In this document: positions 1 to 64,000 of the stretch, one piece after another
Layout of the letters: each line of letters opens with the position of its first letter
Numbering within the stretch: position 1 is the stretch's first letter
Assembly (NCBI RefSeq): GCF_001194135.2
Contig: NC_068982.1
Coordinates: forward strand, 169,158,714-169,222,713
Length of the DNA stretch: 64,000 nucleotides
Source: Octopus bimaculoides
Taxonomy: Eukaryota
Direction of reading: 5' to 3'
The notes under the pieces: model-generated
What the model was told of the DNA's origin: nothing
Database searches by the model: none
Seen by the model: the letters and a program-made list of their open reading frames with translations, nothing else
Position numbers and translations under genes: made by a program

Positions 1-914
1 TATATATATATATATATTGTTAGATGTCTCAGGGCTACTATCTTTAGCATCTCCAGTTGCACAGGCTTGTGTTTATTATTTTTTTCCTACATTCAATGAT
101 AATAATGACTTCAAATTTTGGCACAAGGCCACAATTTCAGGGAAGGGATAAGCTGATTACATCAACTTGTGTTAAAATGGCATTTGTTTTATCAACACCA
201 AAAGGATGAAAGGCAAAGCTGATCTCAGCAGAATTTGAACTCAGAACATAAAGCTGGAGGAAATGCCACTATGCGTATTGTTCAGTGTACGAACAGTTCT
301 GCCAGTTCATCACCTAATAATAGTGATACCACCTTTCAATTTTGACCCTGTCTTTTTAAATAAATTTTATTGTATTATACATAAGTAAACTACTTCCTCA
401 AGCTTATACAGAAAAGACAATAGGATTGCTCCACGTGGCTATAGTGAGTGATAAAAATTTAAACCTTATTGAGAACAAGCTCAATAGTCTAAAATGGTGG
501 GATACTGTTTTAATAATATCTTTCCAAACTTGTGATGATGGTGAAAGTGCTGTATAACTTCTATAAATTGATACTAGGATTGCAGTTCTGGGGGTAAAGC
601 TATTGAAAAAAATGGTAAAGGGAGAAGAGTGAACATGAATTATATTTTTGTAAGGGTGATAAATTCTGAGTTTAACATTCATTTTTCAATGCTTGTATGG
701 GTTGGACATACAAGCATAGAAAAAGTGATGATAAACAGCTTCCTAAGGAGCAGGAATCTTCATAGTAAGAGTAGAAGAGGCAGCATATTGGTAGGCATGT
801 ATTTTGTAATGAGTTGATTAGATAAGAATGATTTGTCAATGAGATAGATATCTATGTTATTTTGGGTTCAGTCCCACTCATGTATACACATATAAACACA
901 CACAAATTCTTACC

Positions 915-1160
915 ATTATCATCCTTTAACACCCATTTTCCATGTTGGCATGGGTTGGACAGTTTGAGAAGAGCTGTCAAGCTGGAGAGCTGCACCTAGT
1001 TTTAATCTGATTTAGCTTGGTTTCTGTGACTGGGTGCCCTTTCTAACACCAACCACTTTACAGAGTGTGAGGAGTGCTTTTTATGTGGCACTAGCACAGG
1101 AGCTATCATGTGGCACTGGCATGTTTCTTTATGTAACACTGGCACAGGGCTCTTGTAGGC
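915..1160 (-). mobile_element. Degenerate RTE 3'-end copy
   Basis: Reverse complement of the shared terminus (ttccatgttggcatgggttggac...). Confidence 0.7.
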
Positions 1161-1542
1161 CAATCATCTTCAGCAGGGGGAGTGGCATTAACATTTCTGC
1201 TGTGCGTGTGTGTGTGTGTGTGTGGGGGGGGGGCAACAAGGTGTTAGAAATCTTGATACAATTTTCTTTTTTAGAATGGTGGATTGGATCTCAAAACAAA
1301 TAAAGCTATAAATAATAGCATGTAATTATTAGGTTATAAAACCGATTGGATAAGAAAAGCCAAAGGCTGCTTATGGGAGTCAAACCCTCATTTTCTATAA
1401 ACATGACAGGGATTCTACGACAATAACGTGTATGTGTGATTTCAGGTTTAGTCCAATTGCATGACACCAAGTGTCTTCAGCCATACTTTTGGCTGACTAA
1501 TGCTTTCTGAGTACATTTGGGAGAAGAAAACAACAAAAGTGA

Positions 1543-1546
<4 letters not shown>

Positions 1547-1625
<79 letters not shown>

Positions 1626-1668
1626 AGACAGAGAGAGAGAGAGAGAGATAGATAGATAGAGAGAGAGA
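1547..1668. repeat. (GA)n microsatellite
   Basis: Direct. Confidence 0.95.
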
Positions 1669-1869
1669 TTCAGCCCCTCTGTATGGTATCTTGGGCAAGT
1701 ATCTTCTATAGCCCTTGGCCAACTAAAGCCGTGTGAGTGTATTTGATACATGGAAACTGACAGAAATTCAGCGAGTGGGTGTGTGGCTAGTTTCTTGCTT
1801 TGACATTGCATGGTATTAATAAATGAGTATCATTGTCATGCAAACAGTGTTCTCTGCCAAAACTGACCT

Positions 1870-2060
1870 CACCTGTGCTTGCACCACATAAAAAGCACTA
1901 AGTCCACTCTGCTGAGAGGTTGGTGTTAGGAAGGGCATCCAGCTGTAAAAATCCTGCCAAAGCAGTTACAGAAGTCTGGTACAGGCTTCTGCCTGGCTGG
2001 CTCTTGTCAAACCGTCCGATCCATGCCAGCATGGAAGGCGGATGTTAAATGATGATGATG
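1870..2060 (+). mobile_element. RTE 3'-end copy
   Basis: gttaggaagggcatccagctgt...catgccagcatggaaggcggatgttaaatgatgatg. Confidence 0.8.
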
Positions 2061-2106
<46 letters not shown>

Positions 2107-2164
2107 CGTCTCACCCATACCAGCATGGAAGGTAGACGTTAAACGATGATATATATGAGTCTAG

Positions 2165-2338
2165 GACATTTACTCCACCATGGACAATAACCCACCAAGG
2201 ACAATTACCCTGGAGGACAACAGATGATTTAAAACTTCTTAATATATTAGAGAGGGAGTAATTAACCAAAGGGTGTAATTGTCCTAGGAGATAGTTGTCA
2301 TCGGGGGAATTGTCCTATGGGAGGGTAATTGTCCTGAT
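2165..2338. mobile_element. Small MITE-like element with subterminal inverted repeats
   Basis: Repeated ggacaat(t/a)accc motifs on the left and their reverse complements (g)taattgtcc on the right. Confidence 0.5.
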
Positions 2339-3214
2339 ATGGATATATTTATGTGCGTGTATTTATTTATTGTCAATTTTAGAGAACCCTATTCAGATAT
2401 AGTAAGAAAATCAAAGATAAATAATTAATAAGACATATCAAAACAAAGAAGTCATGTACAACTCCACTTCATGGTCACATATTACACACATACTAACGAC
2501 TATAGTATATGACTATATTTGCAGACACACTCTAAAAATGTTTTAAATCAATGACTGTCTTAGCGATTACAGTACTACCATCAGTAACTTCTTTTTCCTA
2601 AAATAATAATTTGTCATGTAATTTCAGAGTAAAAGTGTTCAGCCTCCTAAACAATATGAATATCCTGAAAAAGGAAACAACAAAATTGATTTATGTTATT
2701 TGATAGAATCAGAGATACTTGTAATCAATAGTAATATTTATGTTTCAACTCACGTCTTCGAACTTTGCTAAATTTACAGAACTTCCCTCATCATGAGCTC
2801 CATTTTGGATTGTACAAAGAATGAAGTTCTTTAAGTCTTAGTGAAAAAGGCTAACTATTTATGATTTTGTGTTCAATTTTTCATTTTGGAACAATATTGG
2901 TACATTTGTATAGTTAAAATCTGATGTCCCCTCTTTCCATAATCCAACCATATGATACTGTTGAAGTAGAGGTCTACATTTTCTAATTGATGGAACTTAA
3001 AGAACTCTGTAACATATTTGATCCGTAAACATTCCAGAGCATTAAACAGTCAGCTAGCATGACATCTGCCATTTGTCCACTTTTAATACAAGAGGATAGC
3101 TTTGTAAATTTGGACATTGACATAAAGAGGTTTTAATTTCTGCAACTAATTATTTAACTGAGAAACCAATGAAGAGAGAAATGCTTTGTTTACAAATACA
3201 GCATGATAACTGTA

Positions 3215-3856
3215 GCAAAACTTAAGCTCATGATCTGGGATGAGGTGGTGAAACACCACCTTCGAACATTGGGCCTCACAGAGGTGATGATGAGAGACCT
3301 TTGGAGATATGCTGTGCTTGGCAAGCCAAGTGAAACTGTATCTGTGGCCTATGCCAGTGCAGCATAACCGGCCCATTTAAGAGTACCCTTCAATCATTGG
3401 GCAATAAACTGCGCTTGCGAAGACCTGTTGAGTCAGTGAACTCATTGTTGTGGCCGATGCCAGTACCACCTGACTGGCACCCATGCTGGTGGCATGTAAA
3501 AAGCACCATTTGAGCATGGTTGATGCCAGTGCCACCTGATTAGCTCCTCTGCCAGTGACATGCAAAAAGCATTATTCGAGCATGGTGCTGCATGAATAGC
3601 TTCCATGCTGGTGGCACGTAAAAAGCATCATTCAAGTGTAGTCGATGCCAGTACCACCTAACTGGCCCTCATGCTGGTGGCATGTAAAAAGCACCCACTA
3701 CACTCTCGGAGTGGTTAACATTAGGAAGGGCATCCAGCTGTAGAAACCTTACCAGATCAGATTGGAGCCTGATACAGCTTTGTGGCTTGCCAGTCCTCAC
3801 TCAAACCGTCCAACCCATGGCAGTAAGGAAAGAGGACGTCAAACGATGATGATGAC
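3215..3856 (+). mobile_element. RTE LINE 3' end: last RT-ORF codons, ~5 tandem 3'UTR units, tail
   Basis: WDEVVKHHLRTLGLTE-like remnant followed by repeated tggcacgtaaaaagcacc units and the shared ...aaacgatgatgatg end. Confidence 0.85.
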
Positions 3857-4207
3857 AACCTTGATGCTATTTTTCATTCACTTCTGAAGATAGAATATGC
3901 TATGCCTGGTGATCTAAGCCAGGGAACCTATATGCAATTACTCAACCTGCTAAAAAAAAGTCAACTCTCCTTTAAATCATACCTTACCATTTCAAAGTAA
4001 AAGGGCATATTAGATATACTATACTTGGAAACAATAGGATTGTCAAGTTTTTAATACCTCTGATTGAAAATATGCTTGACCAGTACTGTTGACATAGAAC
4101 TAAACAATAACTAAGCATGGGCAATAAGAGAGAGCATCTACATTGTTTAACCTACTAGAAATAGCAGCCAAAACCCATTCTAAACAATTTTTTTGATAGA
4201 AAGATTT

Positions 4208-4504
4208 CATGTGCGGGCGACACATGAAATCTTTCGAGCGGGATCGTTGCCGGTGCCCCTGGGCTGGCTCTTGTGCGGGTGACACATGAGGTTTTTTTCG
4301 AACGAGATCGTTGCCGGTGCCCCTGGACTGGCTCATGTGCAGGCGACACATGAAATCTTTCGAGCGGGATTGTTGCCAGTGCCCCTGGACTGGCCCATGT
4401 GCGGGCGACACATGAAATCTTTCGAACGGGATCGTTGCCAGTACCCCTGGACTGGCCCATGTGCGGGCGACACATGTAATCTTTCGAGCGAGATCGTTGC
4501 CAGT
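4208..4504 (+). repeat. Tandem array of ~62-bp units (at least 4.8 copies, cut by a gap), homologous to RTE 3'UTR units
   Basis: Unit catgtgcgggcgacacatgaaatctttcgagcgggatcgttgccagtgcccctggactggcc starts at 4208, ~4271, 4334, 4396 and 4458. Confidence 0.9.
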
Positions 4505-4727
4505 NNNNNNNNNNNNNNNNNNNNNNNNNNNNNNNNNNNNNNNNNNNNNNNNNNNNNNNNNNNNNNNNNNNNNNNNNNNNNNNNNNNNNNNNNNNNNNNN
4601 NNNNNNNNNNNNNNNNNNNNNNNNNNNNNNNNNNNNNNNNNNNNNNNNNNNNNNNNNNNNNNNNNNNNNNNNNNNNNNNNNNNNNNNNNNNNNNNNNNNN
4701 NNNNNNNNNNNNNNNNNNNNNNNNNNN

Positions 4728-4770
<43 letters not shown>

Positions 4771-4816
4771 CAAACATACATATGAGTCGTGTGTGTGTGT
4801 GTGTGTGTGTGTGCAA

Positions 4817-4851
<35 letters not shown>

Positions 4852-7814
4852 GTATATATGTATGTAGTTCTGGTACAGTGCCTGAAATGAGGATTGGAAG
4901 GTCATGGCCGGAAAGCCTTCATTAAGGGTCTGTTCAATCCACTGATCACAAGCTAAATAACAAGAATAGACAACAATGGTTTGGACTTGTGGTCATGTGA
5001 TCAGAAGTCCTACATTTTTATCTTCCAGCTATTGTACATTTTAACATACATCAAAATAGCAAATTTAATATGGTCAGTAGTAATATATAAAAGCTATCCA
5101 GAGTAGCAGTTACATTAAGGTATGAAACAGTATAAGAAATATGAAAAATAACTAGATTCTACTCATTAAGACAGGCATTCAACTGTTATGCTCTATTTCT
5201 AGACATACACATTACATAAGACTTGCTATAAATATACGATTATTTCAGTTTTCAGTTTTTACTATTAAGCATTATTAGCACATCTTTGATTTGCCTATTG
5301 CAGAATCAGTGAAGGAAAGGGTACCAAGAGTTTAGGAAATTAGTTTTATTAAAAAGATAAAAAGACAATGTTAGATGAACATTCAACAGTCTTTTTTATT
5401 ACAGCTACTAAAAACTTACCAATGCGCAACATGTAGTAAGCTGAATTAAAAGGTTCTAGCAAGCCTGAAATATTAGGTTTGTTACAGCAAAACTGTTCAA
5501 CTATTTTATATAGAAAGTTTGGAGTTTTTCATTTTGTTGGTTTAACAATCTTTTAGTTTTTTTTTCTGTCATGATTGATTAGTTGAGATTTGTAAAATGA
5601 GTTAAATACTTTGTGCGACAACTTACAACTTGCATTAGGTGCACATCTCAAGGTTATCTGCTCTTCACTTTTCTTTAATATTCCCTATTCTTCTGATTAG
5701 TTTAGATCATAAGTACTTTAGGTGTATGTATGCCAAGCATTATACCACAGATGGTATAATGCTTGGCATTCTTATTGATTGTGACCTATGGGTGTCCAGC
5801 TGTTCAATCAACTGGATAACCTGCTCATTGTATTAGCATGCAACACAACTGAGTATTCCACAGACAACTTTACCTCAACATAATTCCCAGGAGAAACCAA
5901 CATGACTCAAGTGTGATAAGGCTCTACCTTTCAATAACAAGTGCAATCTATACAACAAGCATCTGTATGATTTCTGTCGACTCAAATACACTGATAAGGC
6001 TTGAATTAGCATGTGGTTATGTAATGTGCCCAAGGCTTCATGTTTGTGAACTTCTTCAGCACCCAGCCAAACCTGCTAATTAACTGGTGGAACAGTTGAC
6101 CTTGTAAGCAGTGACAGAAATGGACCTATGTATTCTTGACCGACAGTTATGTCACTGCTTCATCAGTTACATCAACAGAGTCATATGAATCAGTGTAGAA
6201 ACATTTTATGCAAATTTTTGTTTTTACATAAATTTTCTCACTGTTGAATGGGTGGAATGGCTTAAGTGAGGCAATTGTTTTTTTGCAGTTGGATAGAGGT
6301 CTTTGTATTGCGATCATTCAAGAATAGAAAATATAGTTTTAATGTATAATTTTAAAATTAGTTTTTCACTTGTAAAGATACCTAAATCCAGAAGGTTTTC
6401 TCATATGTATACATACATAAAAAAAAAAATCATAGCAAAGAAGAATTTTAAAATTTTACCTTCACCAACAAACAACCATTAAATATAGTCTAAAACAATG
6501 TCACTCAGAATGAATAAACAATTATAAGGATTATGAAGAAAGAAAGCCATTTGGTTGAGGGGATATTTTGGATTACCTATAAAAAATTTAGATGCTTATT
6601 GATGTGGCAATTTCAATACCACATTATGCTTGAGAAGACCCATCTGTCAGTCAAAGTGAGGTCCTCAGAGCATTATGTTTATACCTGTACATAGTGAGCC
6701 CTGCCTTGGTGCCCAATTTTCTCCCATCAAACACTCTCCACTTCTCATCTCCCTAACATTGATCCCCTCCATTAATCTATGGCATTACACATCTAATGCA
6801 ATCATTTGAAAGCAGAATTGGCACACGTTTCATTGCTTCTTTTGTGCTACCAGTTATCTCTCCCAAGAACCACTTTCTATTTATGTCTATCTCTCATTAT
6901 CATCCCTTCCCATACTATTTCCACAGATCACTTCCTTTCTGTGCTTTTAGTTATCTCTCCCTCTACTCTGAGTCACATCTAAGATCTACCATCCCTCATC
7001 TTTAACATCTTTCATATCTGCTATCATTCTCAGCATTCTCTCATACATGTCATCAATGCCTCGCCATCATCGTCATTCTACTCACTGTTACCACTCTTAT
7101 TGTACCCCCATTTCTGTTACTGTATATCTCCTTCCTTACCTGTACTGCTACTTGTCACCTCCTCCTTCCTGATCCACTCCTCTCTCTCTCACACCTTCAT
7201 ACTTATGTTTACCATTAACCACCTCTCCACCCTCATTCATCTCTACCTCCATCTCTAATCATCTATCCCTCTCCTCACATTATGAAATTACCCATCCTCT
7301 CCTTCCCTCTGATCCACATTTGGTATTCTCAATTATATTCACTTTCTTGTACCTTGAGAGTTTGCTCTGGCATCTCATCACTACCACCTTTATCTTCTCT
7401 CCTACTACTACCAGCCACTCTTATATAAAGTAGAGTAGCCATGTATCTCCTCTATAGTAAGACAACTATCCTATATCATATTTTAGCCCCTCAACATCTG
7501 GCACAAAACCACCTTCCCCTCATTCCATACACTCAAATTCGTTTGGAGAGGTTTTTTATATAAAAAGGGGCGGGAAGAAATAATCATTTGTTTTTTGGAC
7601 ATTAATTTTAAACTATATTTAATCACTATCAATTGTCCATTGCAAACATGCTTTAACACCATGGAAAATGTATAACATAAAATTAAACCTTTACCTTCCA
7701 TAGTGCCAGGAAAAATAAAAAGATTTAGAAATGACAGAAAGACAACAACCAATGAAGAAAGCAGGCACATCTTTTTTAAAAAGAAATTAAATAGTTAGGA
7801 TATTTAATAATCAC

Positions 7815-63122
<55,308 letters not shown>

Positions 63123-63391
63123 CTGTTTGAAAAAAAAAATTATTATTACAATAAAATTTTTTTTTTAAATGAAGGGGGTACTTTTCTCATCATTAAATTT
63201 GAACATCAAAACCAACAACTTCCTTAAATAGGATACATCAAACTATCATCCTTTCCACATTTTCATGCTCACATGGATTGGAGGAGTCTGCAAGACAATA
63301 TCTTCTGAGAAAGGGCTGTTGACTATCCCCAAACATTTTCATTAGTCTGCCTTCATCATGAGATTCTTCTACTGGCAATAGGCACTTTTTA

Positions 63392-63644
63392 TTGGGTTGG
63401 TGCATAATTATTGTGGCTTTTTTTCCAACAAATTTTATTCAACAAAAACAATAATATTTAACAAAAACATCTTTAAATGACAGTCTAACTGTCTGCCAAG
63501 CAAATGGGAAGCAGTAATTGAAGTAGATGGTGAATATGCTCTGGAATAATCATTTAAAGATGTTTTTGTTACATGTTGTTATTGTTTTTGTTGAATAAAA
63601 TTTGCTGAAAAAAAAAAAGCTGCAATAATTATGCACCAACCCAA
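63392..63644 (+). mobile_element. Mariner-derived MITE with ~100-bp TIRs and TA TSD
   Basis: ta|ttgggttggtgcataattatt ... aataattatgcaccaacccaa|ta. Internal LPSKWEAVIEVDGEY* is a mariner transposase C-terminus. Confidence 0.9.
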
Positions 63645-64000
63645 TATTATGCAGCATGAATGATATAGAAATATATGTCTATAGCATTACAATTGCTTCT
63701 CCTGAACATATTGCTAAATAACTTTAATACTCAGCTACTTTCCTAGTTCAGTTGCCTGCAGCTTTGCTCTTCATGTAATTTACTTCGTATAGCATTATTC
63801 TAAGACCACTATGTCCCCAACTCAATCCAGTAAGCTAACTGCAATTCAACATTCACATGCGATTAGGAACAGTATCAATATCTTTATTAACTCCAAACAC
63901 TAATCAATTCAAAGGTACAGCAACTACTATATTTTGTCCAAGTCCAACTTGCTCACTGTATGCTTTGTAAAAATTGATAGGATTGTTGAGAGAATATGAT

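Noticed and set aside
2751-2840. Possible exon (D)LKNFILCTIQNGAHDEGSSVNLAKFED ending at GTGAGT
   Set aside because: Not ferlin-like (GFLPTFGP is expected next) and the phases do not fit a cassette. The true next exon probably lies left of the window.
4100-4925. Long ORFs and regular repeat spacing suggesting a gene or CRISPR array
   Set aside because: The ORFs are made of N-gap, microsatellite and tandem-repeat sequence; the repeats have no unique spacers; eukaryotic context with no cas genes.
6700-7420. Strongly pyrimidine-skewed tract upstream-left of exon B (also the purine tract 13310-13580)
   Set aside because: Low-complexity, with no period or ORF; such tracts are common in this repeat-rich sequence.

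Overview
AT-rich, repeat-dense eukaryotic DNA from a draft assembly with five N-gaps. The SINE/RTE repeat families and microsatellite load look like an octopus genome (inference). The whole window lies inside one large minus-strand gene, a type-1 ferlin (myoferlin/dysferlin-like). I reconstructed an in-frame chain of GT-AG exons from the C2A-C2B linker through C2B, FerI and most of C2C; the gene continues beyond both window edges. The main surprises are in its isoform architecture. (1) Two homologous 77-nt exons (15080-15156 and 7815-7891) both encode Ca2+-binding loop 3 of C2C and cannot both be included in frame, so they look mutually exclusive. (2) Two candidate alternative first exons (60098-60115 and 52698-52940) end in 'FQ|GT', like the canonical upstream exon, and would give C2A-less ferlins. 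(3) A nearly identical inverted pair of RTE 3' ends closely brackets the first two C2B exons, a typical circRNA or exon-skipping layout. Introns also hold a ~700-bp fold-back, RTE, HERO and CR1-type LINE fragments, Tc1/mariner (including DD41D) and hAT non-autonomous elements, several tRNA-like SINE families and microsatellites. All splicing claims are predictions from genomic sequence; no expression data were available.
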